From assembly GCA_963718235.1 (NCBI GenBank), contig CAVQYR010000001.1, positions 608,001 to 672,000 of the forward strand: 64,000 nucleotides of DNA, written 5' to 3'. The stretch is from an uncultured Actinomycetota bacterium (lineage in GTDB: Bacteria; Actinomycetota; Actinomycetes; JAHEKZ01). Made by a program: the position numbers and the translations under genes. Position 1 is the stretch's first letter. The number at the start of each line of letters is the position of its first letter. A model generated the notes under the pieces. That model saw only the letters and a program-made list of their open reading frames with translations. It had not been told where the DNA came from and made no database searches. Positions 47,489-57,207 of this stretch are shown here, in pieces.

Positions 47489-48023
47489 CTTCCTCGACCC
47501 CATCGCTGGGTTCGGCGTCACGTTCAAGACGATGCCGAAGAAGGTGACGACCGAGTTCTACCCGGAGGAGAAGAACCCCGGAAAGCCGCGGTTCCACGGT
47601 CGGCACGTGCTCAACCGCTACTCCGACGGGCTCGAGCGCTGCATCGGGTGCGAGCTGTGCGCCTGGGCGTGCCCGGCCGACGCGATCTACGTCGAGGGGG
47701 CGCCCAACACCGACGATGAGCGGTTCTCTCCGGGTGAGCGGTACGGCCGGGTGTACCAGATCAACTATCTGCGCTGCATCTTCTGCGGGTTGTGCCTGGA
47801 GGCGTGCCCGACCCGCGCGCTGACCATGAGTCGGGAGTACGAGCTGGCGGACACCAGCCGGTCGAGCCTCATCTTCGAGAAGCACGAGCTCCTCGCACCG
47901 CTCGGTGAGGGTGCCGAGGAGCCGCCGCATGCGATGGCCCCCGGCACGACCCAGGACAACTACTACGCGGGGGAGCTCGACAGCGACCCGGCGGCGCCGG
48001 AATCTGTGGGCGGTGCGCAGTGA
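47481..48023 (+). CDS. nuoI: NADH-quinone oxidoreductase subunit I
   Basis: Two CxxCxxCxxxCP motifs and 'RFHGRH'. Confidence 0.97.
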   Translation: MPSFLDPIAGFGVTFKTMPKKVTTEFYPEEKNPGKPRFHGRHVLNRYSDGLERCIGCELCAWACPADAIYVEGAPNTDDERFSPGERYGRVYQINYLRCIFCGLCLEACPTRALTMSREYELADTSRSSLIFEKHELLAPLGEGAEEPPHAMAPGTTQDNYYAGELDSDPAAPESVGGAQ

Positions 48024-48799
48024 CGACCCTGATGGCGGCCACCACAGTCTCCACCGGGGAGCAGGTGACGTTCTGGCTGCTGGCCCCGGTGATGGTGCTG
48101 GCCGCGCTGATGATCCTGCTCAGTCGCAAGGCCGTGCACAGTGCGTTGTGGATGGCGACGACCATGGTGCTGATGTCGGTCTTCTACGCGATGCAAGGCG
48201 GCATCTTCCTGGGCGTGGTGCAGGTGGTCGTCTACACCGGTGCCGTGATGATGCTGTTCCTGTTCGTGCTGATGCTTGTCGGTGTCGACGCTTCCGACTC
48301 GTTCGTGGAGACTCTGCGGGGCCAGCGCTGGGTCACCATGGTGCTCGCCCTCGGCTTCGGTGGGCTCCTGCTCTCGGGGATCGCCCGCGCGACGTTCCCT
48401 CCGGCGGTGGGAGTCACGGCGGCCGACGAGGCTGCCGGTGGACATGTCCGCGCGCTGGCCGAGATCATCTTCACGCAGTACGTCTTCGGCTTCGAGGTGA
48501 TCTCCGCCGTCTTGATCGTGGCTGCGGTGGGAGCGATGGCGCTCACCCACCGCACGACGCTGAAGGCGCGGCTGTCCCAACCGGCGCTGTCCCGGCTGCG
48601 GGTGACCAGCGGGCGGGTGACGACCTTGCCGAGCCCGGGGGTCTACGCCAGGCACAACGCGGTCGACACTCCGGCGCTGCTGCCGGACGGCTCCGCGGCC
48701 GAGGACTCCGTGCCCGAGCATCTGCGCCGCCGCGGTCTCGTGCGGCCCTCTGGGGATGTCGAGCTCCCGCGCGCGGTCGAGGAGGGGGGCGAGCCATGA
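48020..48799 (+). CDS. nuoJ: NADH-quinone oxidoreductase subunit J
   Basis: '[19 protein letters not shown]'. Confidence 0.96.
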   Translation: MTTLMAATTVSTGEQVTFWLLAPVMVLAALMILLSRKAVHSALWMATTMVLMSVFYAMQGGIFLGVVQVVVYTGAVMMLFLFVLMLVGVDASDSFVETLRGQRWVTMVLALGFGGLLLSGIARATFPPAVGVTAADEAAGGHVRALAEIIFTQYVFGFEVISAVLIVAAVGAMALTHRTTLKARLSQPALSRLRVTSGRVTTLPSPGVYARHNAVDTPALLPDGSAAEDSVPEHLRRRGLVRPSGDVELPRAVEEGGEP

Positions 48800-49095
48800 C
48801 CCCCACCAACTACCTGTACCTCGCCGGGGTCCTGTTCGCGATCGGCGCGAGTGGGGTGCTGCTGCGTCGGAACTCGATCGTGGTCTTCATGTGCGTCGAG
48901 CTCATGCTGAACGCCTCGAACCTCGCGTTCGTCACGTTCGCCCGGATCAACGGCAACCTCGACGGCCAGGTCGTGGCCTTCTTCGTGATGGTCGTGGCAG
49001 CGGCCGAGGTCGTGGTCGGCCTGGCGATCATCGTGACGATCTTCCGTACCCGGCGCTCGGCCTCGGTCGACGACCCCAACCTGCTGAAGTTGTAG
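48796..49095 (+). CDS. nuoK: NADH-quinone oxidoreductase subunit K
   Basis: '[17 protein letters not shown]' and '[10 protein letters not shown]'; ATGA overlap with nuoJ. Confidence 0.96.
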   Translation: MTPTNYLYLAGVLFAIGASGVLLRRNSIVVFMCVELMLNASNLAFVTFARINGNLDGQVVAFFVMVVAAAEVVVGLAIIVTIFRTRRSASVDDPNLLKL

Positions 49096-49099
49096 GCCG

Positions 49100-51034
49100 A
49101 TGCTTGCTCATCTCGCTGACGAAACCGGCTCGCAGACGCTGCAGTCCGTGCAGGACGCGTCCGGTGTCTTCTCGCTGACCTGGCTGCTGGTGGCGCTTCC
49201 ACTGCTGGGCGCGGCGATCCTGCTCCTGGGTGGGCGCCGGACCGACCGATGGGGGCCCTGGCTCGCGGTGGCGACGGTCTGGGCCGGGTTTGCCATCGGC
49301 GCCGTCCAGTTCCTCTCCATGCTCGGACAGCCGTCCGACGAGCGCGCCTACGGTCAGGATCTGTACACGTGGACGGCGTCCGGGCTGTTCGACGTCAACG
49401 TCGGGTTCCTCGTCGACCAGCTGTCGATGGTGTTCATCCTGCTGATCACCTTCGTCGGCGGCCTGATCCACGTCTACTCGCTCGGCTACATGGGCCACGA
49501 CCCCGACCGACGCAGGTTCTTCGCCTACCTGAACCTGTTCGTCGCATCGATGCTGCTGCTGGTCACCGCCTCCAACTACGTGATGGTGTACGTCGGCTGG
49601 GAGGGCGTGGGTCTGGCGTCCTACCTCCTCATCGGCTTCTGGAACCAGAGGGCCGACTACGCCACCGCCGGCAACAAGGCGTTCATCATGAACCGGGTCG
49701 GCGACCTCGGGATGTCGGTCGCCATCATGGTGCTGTTCGCCACCTTCGGCACGACGGCGTTCTCCGGGGTGTTCGCGGCCGCACCCGAGGCGTCGTCCGG
49801 GACCCTGCTCGCCCTCGGCCTGCTGCTCCTGCTGGCGGCCGTCGGCAAGTCGGCCCAGGTGCCGCTCCAGGCCTGGTTGTTGGACGCCATGGCCGGCCCC
49901 ACCCCGGTGTCGGCGCTGATCCACGCGGCCACCATGGTGACGGCCGGTGTCTACCTGATCGTCCGCTCCGGACCCATCTTCAACCTGACCGACGGGGCCC
50001 GGCTGGCGGTCGCCGTCGTCGGGGTCGTCACCTTGCTGCTCGGTGCGTTCATCGGTACCGCCAAGGACGACATCAAGAAGGCCCTGGCCGGCTCGACCAT
50101 GAGCCAGATCGGCTACATGGTGCTGGCTGCCGGCCTCGGGCCGGCCGGCTACGCGTTCGCCATCTTCCACCTGCTCATGCACGGCTTCTTCAAGGCCAAC
50201 CTGTTCCTCGGGGCCGGCTCGGTCATGCACGCCATGGACGACGAGCTGGACATGCGCCGTTTCGGCGGGCTGCGATCCGTGATGCCCATCACCTTCGTCA
50301 CCTTCATGGCCGGCTACCTGGCCATCATCGGCATCCCCCCGTTCGACGGCTTCTTCTCCAAGGACAAGATCATCGAGGCGGCACTGGCCGACAACATCTG
50401 GCTGGGGCTCCTGGCTGCCGTCGGCGCCGGGATCACGGGGTACTACATGACCCGCGTGGTGCTGATGACCTGGTTCGGCGAGCGTCGCTGGGCGGAGTCG
50501 GTGCACCCGCACGAGTCGCCGGGCAGCATGACGGGTCCGCTGGTCGTGCTCGGCATCCTGTCCACCGTCGCGGGGCTCTTCCTGGCGATGGGCAACCGGT
50601 TCGTCGACTGGCTGGCTCCGGTCGTCGGCGAGCCGGTCGAGCACACCTTCGCCGTTCCCACCTGGGTCATCTCCGCGGGAGTCCTGGCCCTGGTCGGGAT
50701 CGGGGTCGGCTTGGCCTACCTCCAGTACGCCACCCGGTCGGTGCCGGTCACGGCCCCGGTCGGCACCCCGGTGACCGTGGCCGCACGCAACGACTTCTAC
50801 GAGGACGCGTTCAACGAGGCCGTCGTGATGCGCCCGGGGCAGTGGCTGACCAGGTTCCTCGTCTTCTTCGACAACAAGGTCGTCGACGGCCTCGTGAATG
50901 GGCTGGCTGCCGGCATCGGTGGCTCGTCGGGACGGCTGCGGCGTTGGCAGACCGGGTTCGTGCGCACGTATGCCTCGTCGATGTTCGCCGGTGCTCTCCT
51001 GATCGTGGGCGCCCTTGTCCTGGTGAGGCTGTGA
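49100..51034 (+). CDS. nuoL: NADH-quinone oxidoreductase subunit L
   Basis: 'GWEGVG', '[31 protein letters not shown]' and 'HGFFKA'. Confidence 0.97.
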   Translation: MLAHLADETGSQTLQSVQDASGVFSLTWLLVALPLLGAAILLLGGRRTDRWGPWLAVATVWAGFAIGAVQFLSMLGQPSDERAYGQDLYTWTASGLFDVNVGFLVDQLSMVFILLITFVGGLIHVYSLGYMGHDPDRRRFFAYLNLFVASMLLLVTASNYVMVYVGWEGVGLASYLLIGFWNQRADYATAGNKAFIMNRVGDLGMSVAIMVLFATFGTTAFSGVFAAAPEASSGTLLALGLLLLLAAVGKSAQVPLQAWLLDAMAGPTPVSALIHAATMVTAGVYLIVRSGPIFNLTDGARLAVAVVGVVTLLLGAFIGTAKDDIKKALAGSTMSQIGYMVLAAGLGPAGYAFAIFHLLMHGFFKANLFLGAGSVMHAMDDELDMRRFGGLRSVMPITFVTFMAGYLAIIGIPPFDGFFSKDKIIEAALADNIWLGLLAAVGAGITGYYMTRVVLMTWFGERRWAESVHPHESPGSMTGPLVVLGILSTVAGLFLAMGNRFVDWLAPVVGEPVEHTFAVPTWVISAGVLALVGIGVGLAYLQYATRSVPVTAPVGTPVTVAARNDFYEDAFNEAVVMRPGQWLTRFLVFFDNKVVDGLVNGLAAGIGGSSGRLRRWQTGFVRTYASSMFAGALLIVGALVLVRL

Positions 51035-51035
51035 C

Positions 51036-52578
51036 GTGAGCGACTTTCCCTGGCTGACCGCCCTGGGCGTGGTGCCGTTCGTCGGTGCCGCGGTGGTGGC
51101 GGCCGTCCCGAAGGGACGCGAGCTCCTGGCCAAGCAGCTGGCGCTCGCGTTCTCCGTGGTCGCCCTGGTCATCGTGGTCGTGATGGCCCTGCAGTTCGAC
51201 GCCGACGCCAGCGAGCCCTTCCAGTTCGTCGAGAGCCACGTCTGGATCGAGCAGTTCGGCATCTCCTACGCGGTCGGCGTCGACGGCATCGCCCTGGTGC
51301 TCCTGGCCCTGCTGGCGGCGCTGGTGCCGGTGGTGATCCTGGCCGGCTGGCACGACGCCGACGACGGTCGACACAGGGTCCAGACGTTCTTCGCCTTGTT
51401 CCTCGCCCTCGAAGGAACGCGTCGTCTTCGTCTTCGCGGCGACGGACCTGTTCCTGTTCTACGTGGCCTTCGAGGTCATGCTCATCCCCGTCTACTTCCT
51501 GATCGGACTCTACGGAGGAGCGCAGCGCACCTACGCAGCCGTGAAGTTCCTCCTGTACAGCCTGTTCGGTGGGCTGATCCTGCTGGCCGGGCTGATCTCC
51601 TTGTACGTCGTGTCGGCCCGTGAGCTCGGTGACGGGACCTTCGACGTCACGACTCTCGCGGGTCTGTCGATCGACCCGAACACCCAGAAGTGGCTCTTCG
51701 CGGCGTTCTTCTTCGCCTTCGCAGTCAAGGCGCCGATGTTCCCCGTGCACACGTGGCTGCCCGACGCCACTGCCGCGGGAACCGCGGGAACGAACACCCT
51801 CGTCGTGGGCGTCCTCGACAAGGTGGGCACGTTCGCAATGATCCGGATCTGCCTTCCTCTGTTCCCCGATGCCTCGCAGTGGGCTGCGCCGGCAGTGGTC
51901 ACGCTCGCAGCCGTCAGCGTCGTCTACGCCGGGCTCGTCGCGATCGGCCAGACCGACATGAACCGCCTGGTCGCGTACGTGTCGGTGTCGCACTTCGGCG
52001 TCATCGTGCTCGGCATCTTCGCCTTCACGACGCTGGGGGGCTCCGGATCGACGTTCTACATGGTCGCCCACGGTCTGAGTGCCGCCGCGCTCTTCCTCAC
52101 CATCGGCTTCCTGGTCCGCCGCCGTGGGTCGGCCCAGGTAGGCGACTACGGCGGCGTCGCCCGGGTGGCCCCGATGCTCGCCGGGGTGCTGCTGGTCGCC
52201 GGGCTGTCCAGCCTGGCCATGCCGGGCCTGGCCGGCTTCGTCGGAGAGCTCACCTCGCTGGTGGGCTCCTACCCGCGCTGGCCGGTGGCGGCGGTGGTGG
52301 CGGTTGCCGGCATCGTCTTGTCCGCGATCTACATCCTGCAGATGTACAAGCGGGTGGCACAGGGACCGAGGTCCGACCAGGTCAAGGGCTTCAGCGACCT
52401 GCTCCCGCGCGAGGCCTGGGCGATCGCCCCGGTCCTGGCGCTGACCATCGCCGCAGGTGTGTTCCCGCAGCCGATCTTCGATGTCGTCAACCCCGCGGTC
52501 GACCGCGTGCTCGAGCAGGTGTCGGCCCCGGTGCTGGAGCCGTCCGTTCCGGCTGACCCGGAAGGAGTCCAGCCGTGA
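51036..52578 (+). pseudogene. nuoM: NADH-quinone oxidoreductase subunit M, frameshifted near 51420 (sequence error or real lesion)
   Basis: N-terminal NuoM (from 51036) and 'VFAATDLFLFYVAFE...VKAPMFPVHTWLPDA' lie in different frames; one surplus base in GAA GGA ACG C GTC GTC. Confidence 0.9.
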
Positions 52579-54131
52579 TCCGGGCCGTCGGTGAGGCTTT
52601 CGAGACTCCGACCTTCGAGTACGGCCTCCTGGCGCCGATGCTGGTCGTGTTCGGGGCGGCTCTGGTCGGGGTCGTGGTCGAGGCGGTGGTCCCTCGTCAG
52701 CACCGCCGGTTCGTGCAGATGGTCGTCTCCCTGGGCGCACTGGTGCTGGCCTTCGTCCTGCTCATCACCGTGGCCCTGCCCGACGCGGGGTCGCTGGCCG
52801 CGCAAGGCAGCGTCGCGATGGACCAGGCGGGCGTGTTCCTCCAGGGCGCCGTCTTGGTCCTTGCTTTCGTGTCGTTCCTGCTCTTCGCCGAGCGGAGGGT
52901 CGACAGCGCTGGCGACTCGTTCACGCCGTCGGCGGCGACGATCCCCGGCAGCGAGGACGAGCGGGAGCTCACCGCGGCAGGTGTTCTGACCACTGAGGTC
53001 TGGCCTCTGGCGCTCTTCTCCGTCGGGGGCATGCTGCTCTTCCCAGTGGCCAACGACCTGCTCACCATGTTCATTGCGCTGGAGGTCATGTCCCTGCCGC
53101 TGTACGTCCTGGCCGGACTCGCCCGTCGTCGTCGCCTGCTGTCGCAGGAGGCCGCGCTGAAGTACTTCCTGCTGGGCGCGTTCTCGTCAGCGTTCTTCCT
53201 GTTCGGCTCGGCGATGCTGTTCGGCTTCTCGGGGTCGATCTCGATGGCCGGGATCAGTGAGGCGCTGGGGACGACGATCGGGCTGGACCCGGTGCTGCTC
53301 CTGGGTACAGCGATGATCGCCGTCGGTCTGCTCTTCAAGATCGGAGCGGTGCCGTTCCACTCGTGGGTTCCCGATGTGTACCAGGGCTCACCGACCCCGG
53401 TGACGGCGTTCATGGCAGCCGCGACGAAGGTCGCCGCGTTCGGTGCCCTGCTGCGGGTCTTCTACGTGGCGCTCGGCGACTACCGGTGGGACTGGCGCCC
53501 CATGATGTGGGCCGTGGCAGTGGCCACCATGCTCGTCGGCGTGGTCGTCGCGATCACCCAGACCGACATCAAGCGGATGCTCGCCTACTCCTCGATCGCC
53601 CAGGCGGGCTTCATCCTCACCGGTGTGATCGCCACGAGCTCGGCAGGGCTGTCGAGCACGCTGTTCTACCTCGTCGCGTACGGGTTCGCGACGATCGGTG
53701 CCTTTGCGATCGTGATGCTGGTCCGAGACGCCGGCGGTGAGGCCACCCACCTGTCCAAGTGGGCCGGACTCGGTCGCCGCTCGCCGGTCGTCGCGGGGGC
53801 GTTCGGGCTGTTCCTGCTGTCCTTCGCCGGGATACCGCTGACCAGCGGGTTCACCGCCAAGTTCGCGGTCTTCGAGGCGGCGGCCGCCGGGGGCGCCGTG
53901 CCCCTGGTGGTGATCGGTGTCGTGTCCAGTGCCATCGCAGCCTTCTTCTACCTGCGGGTCATCGTCTTGATGTTCTTCTCCGAGCCGGCCGACGACGGCC
54001 CGACCGTGGCCATTCCCAGTGCGTTCACGTCGCTGGCGCTGGCCGTCGCGGCGATCGTCACGGTGGCCCTGGGCGTGTTCCCCCAGCCGGTCCTGCAACT
54101 GGCGCAAGAGGCCGCCCAACTGGTGAGGTAG
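52575..54131 (+). CDS. nuoN: NADH-quinone oxidoreductase subunit N
   Basis: 'EAALKYFLLG', 'FKIGAVPFHSWVPDVYQG' and 'KRMLAYSSIA'. Confidence 0.97.
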   Translation: MIRAVGEAFETPTFEYGLLAPMLVVFGAALVGVVVEAVVPRQHRRFVQMVVSLGALVLAFVLLITVALPDAGSLAAQGSVAMDQAGVFLQGAVLVLAFVSFLLFAERRVDSAGDSFTPSAATIPGSEDERELTAAGVLTTEVWPLALFSVGGMLLFPVANDLLTMFIALEVMSLPLYVLAGLARRRRLLSQEAALKYFLLGAFSSAFFLFGSAMLFGFSGSISMAGISEALGTTIGLDPVLLLGTAMIAVGLLFKIGAVPFHSWVPDVYQGSPTPVTAFMAAATKVAAFGALLRVFYVALGDYRWDWRPMMWAVAVATMLVGVVVAITQTDIKRMLAYSSIAQAGFILTGVIATSSAGLSSTLFYLVAYGFATIGAFAIVMLVRDAGGEATHLSKWAGLGRRSPVVAGAFGLFLLSFAGIPLTSGFTAKFAVFEAAAAGGAVPLVVIGVVSSAIAAFFYLRVIVLMFFSEPADDGPTVAIPSAFTSLALAVAAIVTVALGVFPQPVLQLAQEAAQLVR

Positions 54132-54135
54132 CGAG

Positions 54136-55134
54136 GTGACCCCGTCCAGCCCGTTCGGCCTCACGGTCTCCGACGACCGGCTCGCGGCCGATCTTCGGAT
54201 CGGGCTCGACTCGGTCGAGACGCTGCTGCGGGAGACCGTGAAGAGCGAGTACCCGTTCGTCACGGAGACCTCCCGGCACCTCGTCGACGCGGGGGGCAAG
54301 CGTTTCCGGCCGCTGCTGGTTCTCCTGGCCGCGCAGTATGGCGACGGCGCAGCGCCCGGCGTCGTGCCGTCCGCCGTCGTGGTCGAGCTCACCCACCTGG
54401 CCACGCTCTACCACGACGACGTCATGGACGAGGCGTCCATCCGCCGCGGTGCGCCTTCGGCGAACGCCCGGTGGGACAACACGGTGGCGATCCTCACCGG
54501 TGACTTCCTGTTCGCCAAGGCGTCGGAGCTGCTGGCCGATCTGGGACCAGCCGCTGTGCGGATCCAGGCGCGCACGTTCGAGCGGCTGTGCACCGGCCAG
54601 ATCAAGGAGACGGTCGGCCCCGGTGAGGGGGAGGACCCGGTCGACCACTACCTGTCGGTCGTGGCGGACAAGACCGGGTCCCTGATCGCCACGTCGGGCC
54701 GGTTCGGGGCGATGCTGGCCGGTGCCCCCGACGGCATCGTGGAGCTGCTCACCCGGTTCGGTGAGCGGATCGGGGTGGCGTTCCAGCTGTCCGACGACAT
54801 CCTCGACGTCGCGAGCGACAGCGGGGAGTCCGGCAAGACCCCCGGCACCGACCTGCGCGAGGGGGTCGACACCTTGCCCGTACTCCATCTGCGCCGGGCC
54901 GCCGACCCCGGCGACGCGGCGCTGCTCGCGCTGCTCGACAGCCCTCTCGAGGACGAGGACCGGCTCGGCGAGGCTGTCCGGCGGCTTCGGGGGCATGCGG
55001 CGATGGCCGCGGCCCGCGCGGACCTCCAGCGCTACGCCGACGAGGCGCGCGAGGTGCTCCCGGCGCTGCCCGGGGGCCCGGCCACCGACGCCCTGCACCA
55101 CCTCTGCGACCTGGTCGTGTCCCGAACCGCCTGA
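54136..55134 (+). CDS. Long-chain trans-polyprenyl diphosphate synthase (HepT/GrcC-like)
   Basis: 'GGKRFRP', 'HDDVMD', 'GDFL', 'KTG' and 'FQLSDDILD'. Confidence 0.95.
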   Translation: MTPSSPFGLTVSDDRLAADLRIGLDSVETLLRETVKSEYPFVTETSRHLVDAGGKRFRPLLVLLAAQYGDGAAPGVVPSAVVVELTHLATLYHDDVMDEASIRRGAPSANARWDNTVAILTGDFLFAKASELLADLGPAAVRIQARTFERLCTGQIKETVGPGEGEDPVDHYLSVVADKTGSLIATSGRFGAMLAGAPDGIVELLTRFGERIGVAFQLSDDILDVASDSGESGKTPGTDLREGVDTLPVLHLRRAADPGDAALLALLDSPLEDEDRLGEAVRRLRGHAAMAAARADLQRYADEAREVLPALPGGPATDALHHLCDLVVSRTA

Positions 55135-55146
55135 GCCGTCACCGGC

Positions 55147-56055
55147 TCACTCGGTGATGGGGCGCAGCGCCTCGGTCGCCGTCCTGCGGTGCGCCACCAG
55201 ACTCTCGACCGCGATCAGCACCAAGGCGCTCCACACGAGCACAAAGCCCAGCCACCGCGAGGCCGGCATCGGCTCGTCGTAGACGGCCACGCCGATCACG
55301 AACTGCATGACCGGGGCGACGTACTGCATGAGGCCGATCCAGGTCAGAGGCACCCGGGTGGCCGCGGCGCCGAAGAACAGCAGGGGAACCGCCGTCACGA
55401 CTCCCGTGGTCATGAGCAGCACCGCATGCCCGGGCCCTTCCTGGCCCAGTGTGCTCTCGCCGCGTGACTGCAGGAGGATCAGGAAGCCCAGGGCCGGAAG
55501 GAACAGCAGCCCGGTCTCGACCGTGAGGCTCTCGACCGACCCCATGTCGAGGGTCTTCTTGAGCAGGCCGTAGGTGCCGAACGAGAAGGCCAGCACCAGG
55601 GCGATCCAGGGCGGGTGTCCGTAGTCGACGGTGAGCACCAGCACTGCCGCGGCGCCCAGGGCCACAGCCACCCACTGCCAGGCCCGCAGGCGCTCGTGCA
55701 GGAGGACGACCCCGAAGAGGATCGACACCAGGGGGTTGATGAAGTACCCGAGAGACGTCTGCACGACCTGCTCGGAGTTGACGCCGTAGATGTAGGTGCC
55801 CCAGTTCACCGTGATCACGACCGCGGCCGCGGTCAGCAGCAGCATCTGGTGCCGGTTGCGCAGGACGCCGTTCAGCCAGGCCCAGTTGCGCGTGACGGCG
55901 AGGATGACGACGACCACGACGAGCGACCAGATGATCCGGTTGGCCAGGATCTCCAGGGGGCCGGCCGGCTCCAACAACGGCCAGTAGAGCGGGAACAGCC
56001 CCCAGAGCAGGTACGCGGCGAGCCCGAAGACCAGGCCCTTCCGACGCTGCGACAC
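55147..56055 (-). CDS. rarD: EamA-family transporter RarD
   Basis: 'AYLLWGLFPLYW', 'SLGYFINPLV', 'YGLLKK' and 'GLMQY'. Confidence 0.93.
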   Translation of the reverse strand: MSQRRKGLVFGLAAYLLWGLFPLYWPLLEPAGPLEILANRIIWSLVVVVVILAVTRNWAWLNGVLRNRHQMLLLTAAAVVITVNWGTYIYGVNSEQVVQTSLGYFINPLVSILFGVVLLHERLRAWQWVAVALGAAAVLVLTVDYGHPPWIALVLAFSFGTYGLLKKTLDMGSVESLTVETGLLFLPALGFLILLQSRGESTLGQEGPGHAVLLMTTGVVTAVPLLFFGAAATRVPLTWIGLMQYVAPVMQFVIGVAVYDEPMPASRWLGFVLVWSALVLIAVESLVAHRRTATEALRPITE

Positions 56056-56079
56056 CCGATGACCCTATTGCCGGTCGGG

Positions 56080-57207
56080 TTAGTCGACCGACCAGGTGTC
56101 CTTGCCGTGCAGAAGGGCCTGCAGCGCCTCGGTCCCGGCCGGTCCGTGCCCGCCTTGCGCCGCCTGCAGCTGCTCGTGCAGCAGGTCGTCGTAGGACGGC
56201 CGGTGCACGTCACGGAAGACCCCGATCGTGCTGCGGTCCAGCGACGTCGGGTCGGCCAGCCGGGACAACGCGAAGGCGATGTCGGGGTTGGCCGCGTGCA
56301 TGTCGTGGACGAGCAGCGCCTTGGTGCCGTACTCGGAGACCTCGACGACCTGCAGGGAGCCGTCGTCTCGCCGGGCGACGCCGTACCGGTCGTCGACCCC
56401 GAACCTGATCGGCTGTCCGTGCACCAGCCTGATCAGCGACTCGTCACGCGTCGCCGGCGAGGTCAGCAGGTCGAAGGCCCCGTCGTTGAAGATGTTGCAG
56501 TTCTGGTAGATCTCCACCAACGCGGTTCCCCGGTGGTGCGCAGCGGCCCGCAGCACGGCGGTGAGGTGTTTGCGGTCGGTGTCGATGCTGCGCGCCACGA
56601 ACGAGGCCTCGGCGCCGAGGGCCAGTGAGACCGGGTTGAACGGGACGTCGAGGGAGCCCAGGGGTGTGGACTTGGTGACCTTGCCCTGCTCGGAGGTCGG
56701 GGAGTACTGCCCTTTGGTCAACCCGTAGATCCGGTTGTTGAACAGCAGGATCTTCAGGTTGACGTTGCGCCGTAGCGCATGGATCAGATGGTTGCCGCCG
56801 ATGGACAGGGCGTCGCCGTCGCCGGTCACGACCCAGACCGACACGTCGGGTCGCGAAAGCGCCAGGCCTGTGGCGATGGCCGGCGCTCGGCCGTGGATCG
56901 AGTGCATGCCGTACGTGTCGACGTAGTACGGGAACCGTGAGGAGCAGCCGATCCCCGAGACGAACACGATGTTCTCCCGCCGCACCTCCAGCTCCGGCAG
57001 GAAGGACTGGACGGCGGCGAGGATCGCGTAGTCACCGCACCCGGGGCACCACCGCACCTCTTGGTCGGTCTTGAAGTCCTTGGTCTTGAGCGGCACCGGT
57101 GCACGGGGCAGGCCGGCGAGCGGGTCGAGCGCTGAGTCCTCGGCCGCGGCGGCGAAGGTGGACCCGAACGAGCCATGGTCGGTCGGGCGAGCGCCCTGGT
57201 CACTCAT
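56080..57207 (-). CDS. korB: 2-oxoacid:ferredoxin oxidoreductase beta subunit
   Basis: 'WCPGCGD', 'SGIGCSSR', 'IHGRA', 'GDGD' and 'YGLTKGQYSPT'. Confidence 0.95.
   Translation of the reverse strand: MSDQGARPTDHGSFGSTFAAAAEDSALDPLAGLPRAPVPLKTKDFKTDQEVRWCPGCGDYAILAAVQSFLPELEVRRENIVFVSGIGCSSRFPYYVDTYGMHSIHGRAPAIATGLALSRPDVSVWVVTGDGDALSIGGNHLIHALRRNVNLKILLFNNRIYGLTKGQYSPTSEQGKVTKSTPLGSLDVPFNPVSLALGAEASFVARSIDTDRKHLTAVLRAAAHHRGTALVEIYQNCNIFNDGAFDLLTSPATRDESLIRLVHGQPIRFGVDDRYGVARRDDGSLQVVEVSEYGTKALLVHDMHAANPDIAFALSRLADPTSLDRSTIGVFRDVHRPSYDDLLHEQLQAAQGGHGPAGTEALQALLHGKDTWSVD

Noticed and set aside
51411-51421. Programmed ribosomal frameshift in nuoM
   Set aside because: No slippery sequence or evident stimulatory structure, and no precedent I know of for nuoM.
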